Notes under the pieces: model-generated
Database searches by the model: none
The model's input: the letters and a program-made list of their open reading frames with translations, nothing else
What the model was told of the DNA's origin: nothing
Made by a program: the position numbers and the translations under genes
In this document: positions 29,201 to 38,041 of the stretch, in pieces
Position numbering within the stretch: position 1 is the first letter of the stretch
Layout: every line of letters begins with the position of its first letter
DNA from: Planctomycetota bacterium
Lineage (GTDB): Bacteria > Planctomycetota > GCA-002687715 > CAIWVZ01
DNA length: 64,000 nt
Direction: 5' to 3'
Assembly (NCBI GenBank): GCA_044222185.1
Contig: JBGANV010000009.1
Location: 32,001 to 96,000 of the forward strand

Positions 29201-31254
29201 TCGTGCCCACCCTGACGTCCATCGCGCCGACTCAGGCGACGTCGGGAGCCGCGGCGTTCACGCTGTCGGCGACCGGCTCCGGGTTCGTTTCCGGCGCCAA
29301 GGTGCGTTGGAACGGTGTCGATCTGACGACGACGTTCGTGTCGGCGACGCAGCTCACGGCGAGCGTTCCCGCGGCGAACGTCGCGTCGGCAGGCACGGCG
29401 AGCGTGGTCGTCTTCAACCCGGCGCCGGGCGGCGGGACGTCGGCGGCCCAGACGTTCACGATCAACAACCCCGTGCCAACGCTTGCGTCGTTGAGCCCGT
29501 CGTCGGCCACGTCGCTCGGCTCGGCATTCACGCTGACGGTCAACGGCACGAACTTCCGGAGCGGCTCCGTCGTTCGCTGGAATGGAGCGGCGCGAACCAC
29601 GACCTTCGTGAGTACGACGCAGTTGACGGCCTCGATCCCTGCGACGGACATCCAGACGGCGGGGACGGCCACCGTCACCGTGTTCAATGCGTCCCCAGGC
29701 GGCGGCGTCTCCGGGAATGCGACCTTCACGATCACCAACCCGGTCCCGACGACGAGTGCCCTTTCACCGAGTTCCGCGACGTCGCTCGGTGCCGCGTTCA
29801 CGCTCGTGGTCACGGGGACGGGCTTCCGTTCGACGTCGGTCGTCAACTGGAATGGGGCGCCGCTCGGGACGACCTTCGTGAGTACGACGAGCCTGACGGC
29901 CGCGGTGCCCGCAGCGAACATCGCAACGGCCGGTACGGCGTCCATCACGGTTTCGAGTCCGGCGCCGGGCGGCGGGAACTCCGCCGCACAGACGTTCACG
30001 ATCAACAACCCGGCTCCCACCGTGTCACTCATCAGCCCCTCGACGAGGCTCGCGGGGAGCCCATCGTTCACGCTGAACGTCCAGGGGACCAACTTCCGTA
30101 ACGGGTCGACGATCCGGTGGAACGGAGCCCCGCGTGCGACGACGTTCACGTCGGTCAGCGCGCTGTCGGCGACGATCAGCGCCGCGGACGTCGCGAACGC
30201 CGGCACCGTGACCGTGACCGTGTCGACGCCCTCGCCGGGCGGCGGAACTTCGGCCGGCGTGTCGTTCACGATCACGAACCCCGTTCCGGCGCTCTCGAGC
30301 GTGACCCCGAACGTCCTGCTGACCGGCTCGGGGACGACGACGGTGACGGTCGCGGGGTCGGGATTCAACTCGCAATCGAGCGTGCGGTGGAATGGTTCGA
30401 CGGCGGGCGTGACGACGACCCTGGTCTCGGCGACGAGCCTGAGCGTGAGCGTCTCCGCGTCGCTGCTCGCGGCGCCGGGGAGTGCGACGGTGACGGTGTT
30501 GAACCCGCCACCGTCGGGCGGCGTGACCTCGGGTGCCGTCGTCAACATCGTCGGACCGCGTTTGAGCGGGGTCCTTCCCACGGCGCTCCTCGCACCGCTC
30601 ACGGCCGGCGGTCCCTCCGTCAACGTGACGCTGCTCTCGCCGACGGGCGTCTCCGCGGCGGCGACCGTCTTCCACGTGAACGGCGTGCCCGTGACCGCGA
30701 GCTTCGCCGGCCTGCCGGCGTCGGTCCAGATCACGATCCCATCCAGCATTCCGCAGATGCAGCAGGTCGGTGGCGTGACGATCACGGCCAAGAACTTCGG
30801 GGTCTGGACGTCGAACGCCATCCCCCTCGAGATCGAGGACCGCAACAACCAGGGAACGATCGAGCAGAACCCCGTGGCGCCATCCCCAGGTCAGGCCTTC
30901 GCGCTGATGGTCGAGCGCTGCATCCCGGTGGCTCCATTCATCCTCTTCGCCGACTTCACCAATCCGCCGCCGCTGGCTGGGTGGCCGGACGGAGTCTCGA
31001 ACCTGGTACTCGGAGTGAATCCGTTCCCGGCGAACGCGGTCCTGGATGGCCTCGGAGTGTTCGGCCCGGCGAATCCGCTGGCCGTGTTCTCTCCGGACCC
31101 CGTGCTGCCGGCGCTCGGGACATTCGCACTCCCGGGGCTGATCCAGCCCAATCCGCCCCTGGGGATCTCGATCTCGTTGCAAGCCGTGTACCCGGACCCG
31201 ACGTTGCCAGCGGGGTTCCGTCTGACGCACGCGCGCCGGCAGTTCGCCATGTGA
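26299..31254 (+). CDS. Large secreted trypsin-like serine protease with three ~200-aa repeats, five IPT/TIG domains and the shared C-terminal domain
   Basis: AGAAGGA RBS; signal peptide; catalytic triad motifs SAGHC, ADWSVF, GDSGGP; IPT repeats PTLxSxxP...FTLTVxGxxF...VRWNG...TTFVS.T.LTA. Confidence 0.9.
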   Translation: MSMSQASRSLVTFLALTACVAAQGTSIPMITVRYPVATGPLQNLTDSPLPAFATTLFVPGATSLRVELADVTLGTDEDAVVFRDPLSGDVQRMTRGMLKRWKNWTGWFNGASVEMIVSVAPGSVAAVSVASVLTIPAIGIDGNQGICGSEDRVLSNSQASCRLLGNGTLCSGALVDNWPYCVSAGHCAAPFPGALVVAEFSVPPSSSSGAIVHPPIADQYPIDESSIEFEDGGAGADWSVFRLHPNSNGESAFLRQGTAFVPATSLPFPGTSVVRMRGFGTHPTPALDHSTHTGTGIYIVTIGDRITHLVDLDNGDSGGPLTNEATGELIGVNTHGGCNTAIGANSATSIFRPAFVTARNNASACGHTSLTNNVSATQLTCEPREVSIVPSTSAWNVIAVSDSNDDYDISIEGVSSSFNGTACDFLVSNGNNAPVSAPVNAWVEGIGSVSSGDVQFRIAGTINVGTLNVIPWGSNQLVEIKEFSITTAGNYDVTVAGADGYNWRVYRPGTNSNWRSRSSADFSGAVNGGTLNGLALTAGTHALVIFKNGEPGVGDPAAFTAVIAPSTTSIALTSTPTTVTNDAQDFTVTPVAGEWNAVSVSSNSNWDLAIGGGYDNQGSNLNAFAIANGHDGAIAPTAGVMVRAAGTDPGTAQHMFSTTISVNSTLATTLVAGRVIRLYEFNVTTAGTYDIGITGGELDPRMEWRLYAPTGTSRWRNRSDYIAAGDVGEDFLTAFSLSTGWHCIAVFRDDGPPAATIGFNVHVYAATAVDALTVGENNTVTVDDQMFSVSSPPATWTAVGCTSVGTTNVNVYLGSGESNFATGGTTDFVIANGNAGTIPDYRGIVVRLSGTDAYEVERATVTSLTPGTTLNDSYASNQVLEVYEFDVPILRSFDVVTTGPSSFGWSLFEPGTNGAWRRRSDDVISGLIGAASVVYTPTQTGRHALVVYRSGATGATAAVSLLLTPHNLVPTLTSIAPTQATSGAAAFTLSATGSGFVSGAKVRWNGVDLTTTFVSATQLTASVPAANVASAGTASVVVFNPAPGGGTSAAQTFTINNPVPTLASLSPSSATSLGSAFTLTVNGTNFRSGSVVRWNGAARTTTFVSTTQLTASIPATDIQTAGTATVTVFNASPGGGVSGNATFTITNPVPTTSALSPSSATSLGAAFTLVVTGTGFRSTSVVNWNGAPLGTTFVSTTSLTAAVPAANIATAGTASITVSSPAPGGGNSAAQTFTINNPAPTVSLISPSTRLAGSPSFTLNVQGTNFRNGSTIRWNGAPRATTFTSVSALSATISAADVANAGTVTVTVSTPSPGGGTSAGVSFTITNPVPALSSVTPNVLLTGSGTTTVTVAGSGFNSQSSVRWNGSTAGVTTTLVSATSLSVSVSASLLAAPGSATVTVLNPPPSGGVTSGAVVNIVGPRLSGVLPTALLAPLTAGGPSVNVTLLSPTGVSAAATVFHVNGVPVTASFAGLPASVQITIPSSIPQMQQVGGVTITAKNFGVWTSNAIPLEIEDRNNQGTIEQNPVAPSPGQAFALMVERCIPVAPFILFADFTNPPPLAGWPDGVSNLVLGVNPFPANAVLDGLGVFGPANPLAVFSPDPVLPALGTFALPGLIQPNPPLGISISLQAVYPDPTLPAGFRLTHARRQFAM
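29200..30552 (+). repeat. Five tandem ~270-bp IPT/TIG-domain repeats
   Basis: 90-aa period; DNA-level recurrences such as GACGTTCACGATCAACAACCC (29451, 29991) and GACCTTCGTGAGTACGACG (29601, 29871). Confidence 0.9.
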
Positions 31255-31273
31255 CGGACCGGAGGGGTCGGCT

Positions 31274-31309
31274 GCCTGGTTGAAGGTGGCGGAGCGCCTT
31301 CAACCAGGC
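31274..31309. terminator. 13-bp perfect stem-loop after the protease gene
   Basis: GCCTGGTTGAAGG-N10-CCTTCAACCAGGC; no U-tract. Confidence 0.5.
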
Positions 31310-31393
31310 CGGAAGCCGGCGCATGAGCGTCGATCTGGGGTCGTCAGCGCCGCCGCGAGCACGCGAGTATGATGCCTCGCTCGGTTGGCCGCG

Positions 31394-32017
31394 ATGACGA
31401 ACCCCTTGCTATCGGACGACCCTGAGGTGTGGAACGGGCTGGTGACGGCGGTCAATCCGGCATCGATCCTGGTCGTGATCGCCCGCCGAATGGGGGAGCG
31501 CTTGCAGCTCAGCACGACCGCCGAGGACATCCTCCAGGAGGCCTTGCTGCGGGCCTGGCGATCGCGGCGTGATTTCGAATGGGCCGGGATCGCATCGTTC
31601 CGGCGATGGCTCATCCGGATCGCGGAGCGCTGCGTGGAGGATCAGAGGGACCTTGCGCAGGCGAAAAAGCGCGATGCCGCGCGAACCACGGCGATGTCGA
31701 GCGACGGCCCCTCGTCCCATGGCGGGGGCTTGGAGCCCTGGACGAGCACCACTCCGAGCAGGCTCGCCGACGCGCGTGAGGTGGCCCGGTCGATGGAAGC
31801 GAGCCTCGAAATGGTCCCCGATGACCTGCGGGAAGTCGTCCGACTGCGGTTGTTCGAGGACCTCCAGATCGACGAGATCGCGGCGCGGCTCGGTCTCGGC
31901 GAATCCGGCGTCCGGCACCGCTTTCGGCGCGGCGCCGAGGCCTACCGCCGGTCCCTGCACGCGAGACTCGGTCGGGCCTCGGCGTTTCCGGACGGGGGGC
32001 AGTCGGCGGCCGAATGA
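31394..32017 (+). CDS. ECF-type sigma-70 factor (planctomycete-like, probably kinase-associated)
   Basis: Region 2 STTAEDILQEALLRAW...FRRWLIRIA; linker STTPSR; region 4 PDDLREVVRLRLFEDL..DEIAARLG...VRHRFRRG. Confidence 0.9.
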   Translation: MTNPLLSDDPEVWNGLVTAVNPASILVVIARRMGERLQLSTTAEDILQEALLRAWRSRRDFEWAGIASFRRWLIRIAERCVEDQRDLAQAKKRDAARTTAMSSDGPSSHGGGLEPWTSTTPSRLADAREVARSMEASLEMVPDDLREVVRLRLFEDLQIDEIAARLGLGESGVRHRFRRGAEAYRRSLHARLGRASAFPDGGQSAAE

Positions 32018-32086
32018 TGCCCCGATCCCGTGGCGCGTCGCCGGTCGGCGCCGGGGTCAGCGACAGAATCTCCCTTCGTCCATGAA

Positions 32087-32114
32087 TTGAAGGCCGGACT
32101 CGGGCTGATAGCAT
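32087..32114 (+). promoter_or_regulatory. Putative promoter for rplU-rpmA-obg
   Basis: TTGAAG-N16-TAGCAT with an extended -10 TG. Confidence 0.4.
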
Positions 32115-32161
32115 CCCCGTCCCTCGTGGCGGGAAACCTTCGCCCAGGGAGCGAAACCACC

Positions 32162-32476
32162 ATGTACGCGATTATCCAGGACGGCGGACATCAGTACCGC
32201 GTCGAGCAGGGCAAGAGGGTCCGCATCCAGCTCCGCGAGACCGAGGATGGCGCCAAGATCACGTTCGACCAGGTGTGCCTGGTCGGCGGCGACGGCGCCC
32301 TCAAGGTCGGCAAGCCATTCGTCTCGGGCGCCGTCGTCGAGGGGAAGGTCGTGCGGAACGAAGTGAAGGCCAAGAAGGTGATCATCCTCAAGTATCGCCG
32401 TCGCAAGGCCTCACAGCGGCGCAACGGTCACCGTCAGCGCTACACCGAAGTCGAAATCACCGGCATCAAGGGCTGA
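32162..32476 (+). CDS. rplU: 50S ribosomal protein L21
   Basis: MYAIIQDGGHQYRV...KYRRRK...GHRQRYTEVEITGI. Confidence 0.98.
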   Translation: MYAIIQDGGHQYRVEQGKRVRIQLRETEDGAKITFDQVCLVGGDGALKVGKPFVSGAVVEGKVVRNEVKAKKVIILKYRRRKASQRRNGHRQRYTEVEITGIKG

Positions 32477-32482
32477 TACGCC

Positions 32483-32737
32483 ATGGCACACAAGAAGGGT
32501 GGCGGTTCAACCCGCAACGGTCGTGACAGCAATCCCCAGTTCCGTGGCGTGAAGGCCTACGGCGGACAGACGGTCGGCATCGGCTCGATCATCGTTCGCC
32601 AATGCGGCACCGTGTTCAAAGCGGGTCGCAACGTCCGCATGGGCCGCGATTGCACGCTCTACGCCATGACGCCGGGCACGGTTCGCTTCCTCACGCGCGG
32701 TCGCGTCGAGGTCGAGCCTCTCGCGACGAACGCGTAG
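32483..32737 (+). CDS. rpmA: 50S ribosomal protein L27
   Basis: [16 protein letters not shown]...GSIIVRQ.GT. Confidence 0.98.
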   Translation: MAHKKGGGSTRNGRDSNPQFRGVKAYGGQTVGIGSIIVRQCGTVFKAGRNVRMGRDCTLYAMTPGTVRFLTRGRVEVEPLATNA

Positions 32738-32779
32738 TCGGCCGCTCGGCGGCTCCCGGCCCGACGGAAGGCGCATTCC

Positions 32780-33778
32780 ATGTTCCGTGACGAGGCCAGG
32801 ATCTCCGTCAAAGCCGGCGACGGCGGCAAAGGCTGCCTTGCATTCCGCCGCGAGAAGTACATCCCGCTCGGGGGGCCCGACGGCGGAGACGGCGGCAAGG
32901 GCGGTGACGTCGTTCTCCAGGCGACCGCCTCCGACAACACCCTCCTGAGCGTCGCCCGCAGCCCGAACTACCGGGCGGCGCCGGGCCAGCCGGGACGCGG
33001 CGCCAACCAGACGGGTCGTTCCGGCAAGGATCTCGTCATCCTCGTGCCCGTCGGCACCATCGTGCGGGACGAGGAAACCCTCATCCAACTGAAGGACCTC
33101 GCGCACGACGGCGATTCGGTCGTCGTCGCGAAGGGCGGGCGCGGCGGTCGCGGCAACGCGGCATTCAAGTCGGCGCTGAACCAGGCGCCGCGCCAATGGG
33201 AGCCCGGCAAGGTCGGCGAAGCGCGCCGTCTCCTGCTCGAATTGAAGCTGATCGCCGACGTGGGGCTCGTGGGACTTCCGAACGCGGGCAAGTCCACGTT
33301 CATCACCGCCGTCTCGCGCGCGACGCCGAAGATCGCGGACTACCCGTTCACGACGCTCGATCCCCATCCTGGCATCGTCGAGCTTCCGGGCTTCCGGCGG
33401 TTCGTGCTGATGGACCTTCCCGGGCTCATCGAGGGCGCGTCCGATGGGGCGGGCCTCGGCCACCGCTTCCTGCGCCACGTCGAACGCACCCGCGTGCTCG
33501 TTCACGTGGTGGATCTCTTCCCCGGTGAGAAGGCGCCGGCGCCTGAAGATGCCTACCGGACGATCGAAAGCGAGCTCGCCGCGTACAGCCCGGTCCTCGC
33601 GTCGAAGCCCCGGATCATCGTCTTCAACAAGGCGGACGTCGACCCGGTGGGGGCGCCTTCCCGTGCTGCCGAGGCCGCGAAGGCCTTGGGGATTCGGGAC
33701 TACTTCATCGCCTCGGGTGCGGCGCGCGAGGGCCTGAACCCCGTGCTCGAGGCGTGCTGGAAGCTTCTTCGCGGCTGA
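32780..33778 (+). CDS. obgE: GTPase Obg/CgtA
   Basis: FRREKYIPLGGPDGGDGG, GLPNAGKST, KIADYPFTTL, DLPGLIEGA, NKAD. Confidence 0.98.
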   Translation: MFRDEARISVKAGDGGKGCLAFRREKYIPLGGPDGGDGGKGGDVVLQATASDNTLLSVARSPNYRAAPGQPGRGANQTGRSGKDLVILVPVGTIVRDEETLIQLKDLAHDGDSVVVAKGGRGGRGNAAFKSALNQAPRQWEPGKVGEARRLLLELKLIADVGLVGLPNAGKSTFITAVSRATPKIADYPFTTLDPHPGIVELPGFRRFVLMDLPGLIEGASDGAGLGHRFLRHVERTRVLVHVVDLFPGEKAPAPEDAYRTIESELAAYSPVLASKPRIIVFNKADVDPVGAPSRAAEAAKALGIRDYFIASGAAREGLNPVLEACWKLLRG

Positions 33779-33855
33779 GCAGGCCGCGGATCCGTCCACC
33801 CTGACTGCGCCTCCGCCGTTCCCACGGTCGATAGGTCCACTCAGGAGACGCTCAA

Positions 33856-34956
33856 ATGGACCTGGATCGGCTGCTTCGCACGATGGTCGAATCGGACGCG
33901 TCCGACCTGATCTTGAAGGTCGGCAGCGCGCCGGCCATGAAGGCGCACGGGAAGATCCTCTTCCTCTCCGACGGTCCGCTGGACGTCGCGAGCGTGGACT
34001 CGGCGCTCGATCACATCGCCTCTGCGGAGCCGAAGGCGCGCCTCCACAGCCGCGGGGAATGCGACTTCGCGTTCGAGATCGAGAGCCTCGGACGATTCCG
34101 GTGCAACGCGTTCCGGCAGGGCGGGCACGTCTCCATCGTCATGCGACAGATCAAGCGCGTCGTTCCGACGTTCACCGAACTGTCGCTGCCCCCTCGCGCC
34201 TTCACGCAGTTCGCCGCGCTCGAGCGTGGGCTCGTCCTCGTCACGGGCGTCACGGGCTCGGGCAAGTCGACGACCGTCGCCGCGATCCTCGACGCCATCA
34301 ACAACACGCGGAACAAGCACATCATCACGTTGGAGGACCCGATCGAGTATCGCTTCACCGACAACCTCTCGATCATCAACCAGCGGGAGGTCGGATCGGA
34401 CACGGAGACGTGGCTGACGGGATTGCGGTCGGCGATGCGTGAGGCGCCAGACGTCATCATGCTCGGTGAGTTGCGGGACACCGAGACCATGTCGGCTGCG
34501 ATCGCGGCGGCCGAGACCGGACACCTCGTACTCTCGACGCTCCACACGGTGAACGCCATCCAGACGGTCGAGCGCATCATGACGTTCTTCCCGCCGCACC
34601 AGCACGAACTTGTCCGGTTCCAGCTCTCGATGGTGCTCGCGGGAGTCGCAAGCCAGCGGCTCGTGCCGTGCCTGCAGTCCGCGCGCATGATCCCGGCAGT
34701 CGAGGTCCTTCAGGCGTCGCCCCGCACGCGCGAGATCCTCCGCGAGGGCAAGACCCGCGAACTGGAGAAAGCGCTCGTCGAAGGCGCCGAGTACTACGGC
34801 ACTCAGACGTTCAACATGTCGCTGAAGGACCACCTGGACCACGGGCGGATCACCTTGGATGACGCGCTGGCCGCGTCGGACAACCCCGACGATCTGAAGC
34901 TCGCCATGCGCGGGGTGAAGCGCGGCATCGACCGCAAGCTCACGATCGAGCGGTGA
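33856..34956 (+). CDS. PilT/PilU family type IV pilus retraction ATPase (PilU-like)
   Basis: ASDL, GRFRCNAF, GVTGSGKST, TLEDPIEY, QREVG.DT, PDVIMLGELRD, AETGHLVLSTLH; lacks the AIRNLIRE motif. Confidence 0.93.
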   Translation: MDLDRLLRTMVESDASDLILKVGSAPAMKAHGKILFLSDGPLDVASVDSALDHIASAEPKARLHSRGECDFAFEIESLGRFRCNAFRQGGHVSIVMRQIKRVVPTFTELSLPPRAFTQFAALERGLVLVTGVTGSGKSTTVAAILDAINNTRNKHIITLEDPIEYRFTDNLSIINQREVGSDTETWLTGLRSAMREAPDVIMLGELRDTETMSAAIAAAETGHLVLSTLHTVNAIQTVERIMTFFPPHQHELVRFQLSMVLAGVASQRLVPCLQSARMIPAVEVLQASPRTREILREGKTRELEKALVEGAEYYGTQTFNMSLKDHLDHGRITLDDALAASDNPDDLKLAMRGVKRGIDRKLTIER

Positions 34957-35085
34957 GCCAGGCCCCTGGGAGGGGGCGGGCCCTTCGGGAATAGGCGGGA
35001 CGGCCATGCCGTCCACGCTTCCGTCGGCTCCACGCTTCCACGAGCCGCGATGGGCCGGTACGATCCCGGCCTGTTCGAGGTGGCA

Positions 35086-36036
35086 ATGAACATCAACCGC
35101 GCACGCGTCTTTCTGGTCTTCGTGAACGTCGGTCTCGCCGGACTCACGGGCTTCACGGCCTACAAGGAGTTCAAGGCGAAGGACCAACGGAGCATCGCCA
35201 CGGCCCAGTTCGAGGAGAAGCTGAACAGCGAACTCGGCAAGATCGTGCGCGTCTCCGGTCGAACGGGCCTGCGGTCGAACGTCGACCAGAAGGACCTCGT
35301 GGACATGACGGGGCAGCCGAAGGCCGAACCCGTGCCGGAAAGCACGAAGACGGTCGAGACCAAGGCGACGACCTATTCGCCACTCGAGCCCCTCATCCGC
35401 GTCCTGACGATCACGTGCTCGGACAACCCGGTCGAATCGCGGGTCGGAATCGTGCGGAAGGCCGCGGGGGAGACGGGCGCGGAGGCGATCATCTTCGGCG
35501 TCGGTGACATCGTCCCGTTCGCGAACAACGCCCAGATCGTCGCGATCCACACGAAGGACGTGGTGTTCCAGAACGGCGAGCAGCAGGAGACCCTGCCGAT
35601 CAACGAGCAACCCGTCGCCGACGGCGGCGCCGGTGCCGCGCGGCAGCCCGGAACGGACTCTCGCGCCGGCGCCGTCGGCAACATCGCGGACTACCTCGAC
35701 GTGAAGCCCGACTCGGGGATCGTGAAGGTCCGTTCGGGCGGCGCCCGCGCGATCGCCCGTGACGGCGAGCAGGTCCTCGAAGGCGTGATCTTCAGCACCA
35801 CCGACATCGGGGGCGGCAAGAAGGCGCTCAAGGTCGACAAGATTCCGGCCGGCAGCCCGCTCTCCAAGTTCGGCGCCGTCGATGGGGACGTTCTGATCTC
35901 GGTCGACGACATTCCCATGTCCACCAAGGCGGAAGTCGTCGATTACGCGAAGAAGAACCCGTCGAAGAGCCGATTCGACGTCAAGATCCAGCGCAAGGGC
36001 GGGATCCTCACCAAACAGGTCCTCATCGAACGGTGA
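35086..36036 (+). CDS. GspC-like protein (TM, HR-like domain, PDZ)
   Basis: GAGG RBS; N-terminal TM; FGVGDIVP...QIVAIHTKDVVFQNGEQQETL resembles the GspC HR domain; C-terminal PDZ (IPAGSPLSKFGAVDGDVLISVDD...KIQRKG). Confidence 0.7.
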   Translation: MNINRARVFLVFVNVGLAGLTGFTAYKEFKAKDQRSIATAQFEEKLNSELGKIVRVSGRTGLRSNVDQKDLVDMTGQPKAEPVPESTKTVETKATTYSPLEPLIRVLTITCSDNPVESRVGIVRKAAGETGAEAIIFGVGDIVPFANNAQIVAIHTKDVVFQNGEQQETLPINEQPVADGGAGAARQPGTDSRAGAVGNIADYLDVKPDSGIVKVRSGGARAIARDGEQVLEGVIFSTTDIGGGKKALKVDKIPAGSPLSKFGAVDGDVLISVDDIPMSTKAEVVDYAKKNPSKSRFDVKIQRKGGILTKQVLIER

Positions 36037-36824
36037 GCGAGCGGGTGGCGACACCCGGTGCCACAGGCGGCGGCCTCGACCGCGTTCGCGATCTCCGCGC
36101 CTGGGTCCTGGACGTGGGGAACACGCGGACGGCCCTTGGAGCCGTCGCCACCGATGGAACGCTCATCTCCACCTGGCGCGCGCCCACGCCCCGAACCCCG
36201 ACTTCCCCCTGCCGCCTGCCTGACTGGCCGCCCGCCCCGGCGCATGTGGCCTCGGTGGTCGCGGCGGCGGCGACGTGCTGGTCGACAGCCCTCGCGGCCC
36301 TCGGTTGCCCCGTCACCATCTGGGGAGATGACCGCCCGATTCCGATCGCCCACCCCTATCCACCCCCGTCCCGGCCGGGCGCCGACCGGCTGATCGCTGC
36401 TCGGGAGACCTGGATGAGGTTGAGGCGCTCTGCCGTCATCGTGGACGCTGGCTCTGCGGTCACCGTGGACGTGGTGAGTGACGGTGGCGAATTCCTCGGC
36501 GGGGCCATCGCTCCGGGCATACGCGCGCTCGTCGCTGGCATGGCGGCGATCGCCCCCGAACTGCCGCCAGCCGATCCGGCGCAGGTCCGGCCGTACCCTG
36601 CTGGAGCGACCCAGGATGCGGTGAATCTGGGTGTCGACGCCACGGCCTGCGGGATGGCCGTCCGACTCGTGGGGGAGGCACGTGCCTGGATCGGATCCGA
36701 GGCGCCAGTCGTCGTGACGGGTGGTGACGCCGGCCGGTTCGCCGCGTATCTTGCTGCCTGTCAGCCGGCGATCGTCCAAGAGCTCGTCCTGGAAGGCCTG
36801 GCCCGGCTGTCGTTGGAAACGTGA
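36033..36824 (+). CDS. coaX: Type III pantothenate kinase
   Basis: LDVGNTRT, PGADR, VDAGSAVTVD, FLGGAIAPG, VVTGGDA, LVLEGL. Confidence 0.93.
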   Translation: MSERVATPGATGGGLDRVRDLRAWVLDVGNTRTALGAVATDGTLISTWRAPTPRTPTSPCRLPDWPPAPAHVASVVAAAATCWSTALAALGCPVTIWGDDRPIPIAHPYPPPSRPGADRLIAARETWMRLRRSAVIVDAGSAVTVDVVSDGGEFLGGAIAPGIRALVAGMAAIAPELPPADPAQVRPYPAGATQDAVNLGVDATACGMAVRLVGEARAWIGSEAPVVVTGGDAGRFAAYLAACQPAIVQELVLEGLARLSLET

Positions 36825-38041
36825 CTCACACCGAAGCACTGCGAGCCGGGCGGATCTCACCCTGCGGAGAAGGGGCGATCACCATCTTTCGACTCCGCGG
36901 GTCCGACGCCGCCCAAGTGTTGACCCGCATCTTCCGGCCAAGAGGCGCGCGCGCCCTGGCGGTGGAGGACCTCCGCGTCGGTACTCTGATCCTCGGCGGC
37001 GAGGTCCATGACGCAGCCGTCGTGCGGACGAACGGCAACGGCAAGATCACCGAGGTCGACCTGTCGGTGCACGGCGGCCAGTGGCTGGCCGATCAGCTCG
37101 AACATCACTTGCGGAAGCTCGGGGCCGAGCCACTCGACGACACCGACGGCGCCGGGCTTTACGACCCGTGGAAGGCGGGGCCGGCGATCTACCGCGAGGC
37201 CCAGAGGCTCTTTCCCAAGGCGTTCGCCGAGGCGCAGCTGGCGTTCTTCCTGAACGTCATGAGCGGCAACCTCGCGCGGACGATCAGATCACTTTCTGCA
37301 TCGGTGAGCGCGGTCGTCGGTGCCCCGACACCGGCCGCATTGCTTGCCCGGATCGACTCCCTCTTGAGCCGACAGGCGTTCGGACGCGGCATGGCCGACC
37401 CGCCCGTGGCGGTGTTGTCGGGGCTCCCGAACTCCGGCAAGTCGACGCTCTTCAATCAGCTTCTCGGCCGGGAGCGCGCCATCGTCAGCGAGATCGCCGG
37501 GACGACCCGCGATGCCCTCGTCGACAGCGTCGCGATTCTCGGATTCCCGTTCGTCCTCGTGGATACCGCGGGGCAGCGCGAGACGACCGACCCCATCGAG
37601 CGCACGGGAGTTTCCCGGGCGGTCGAGCTGGCCGGCCGCGCCGACGTGCGAATCGTCGTGATCGACGCCACGCGGTCGCCGGAGGAGCAGTCGCACCTGA
37701 TCCCGGACGCATCCGATGGGGTGGCGCGGGGCCGGACCGTCATCGTCGTTTCGAAGCCCGACCTGGCGGACGCCGGCAGGCACACGGCGGCCTGCGCCGC
37801 CCGCGGATTCCACGCGGTCGCCTGCGTGGCTCCGAAGGGCGACGGGCTGCCGGCCGTGCGCTCGACCCTCGTGCGGGCGTCGCCGTTCGGCAGCTCGGCC
37901 GTGTCCCGGCATGCCGCACCCTTCAGTGAGCGCCAGGTCGAGGCGCTGCGTGCGGCACGCCAACACCTCGCCAATGTTGGGCGTGACGGCCAGACGCGAG
38001 CGTTCCGCCTTCTCGACGGCGTGTTGGACGACAGCCGATGA
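36821..38041 (+). CDS. mnmE: MnmE/TrmE-like GTPase (short, atypical)
   Basis: N-terminal GAITIFRLRG...HGG; G-domain GLPNSGKSTLFN, IVSEIAGTTRD, DTAG; lacks the C-terminal FCxGK. Confidence 0.75.
   Translation: MTHTEALRAGRISPCGEGAITIFRLRGSDAAQVLTRIFRPRGARALAVEDLRVGTLILGGEVHDAAVVRTNGNGKITEVDLSVHGGQWLADQLEHHLRKLGAEPLDDTDGAGLYDPWKAGPAIYREAQRLFPKAFAEAQLAFFLNVMSGNLARTIRSLSASVSAVVGAPTPAALLARIDSLLSRQAFGRGMADPPVAVLSGLPNSGKSTLFNQLLGRERAIVSEIAGTTRDALVDSVAILGFPFVLVDTAGQRETTDPIERTGVSRAVELAGRADVRIVVIDATRSPEEQSHLIPDASDGVARGRTVIVVSKPDLADAGRHTAACAARGFHAVACVAPKGDGLPAVRSTLVRASPFGSSAVSRHAAPFSERQVEALRAARQHLANVGRDGQTRAFRLLDGVLDDSR

Noticed and set aside
32780-33778. Obg lacking a C-terminal domain
   Set aside because: Short Obg proteins are common.
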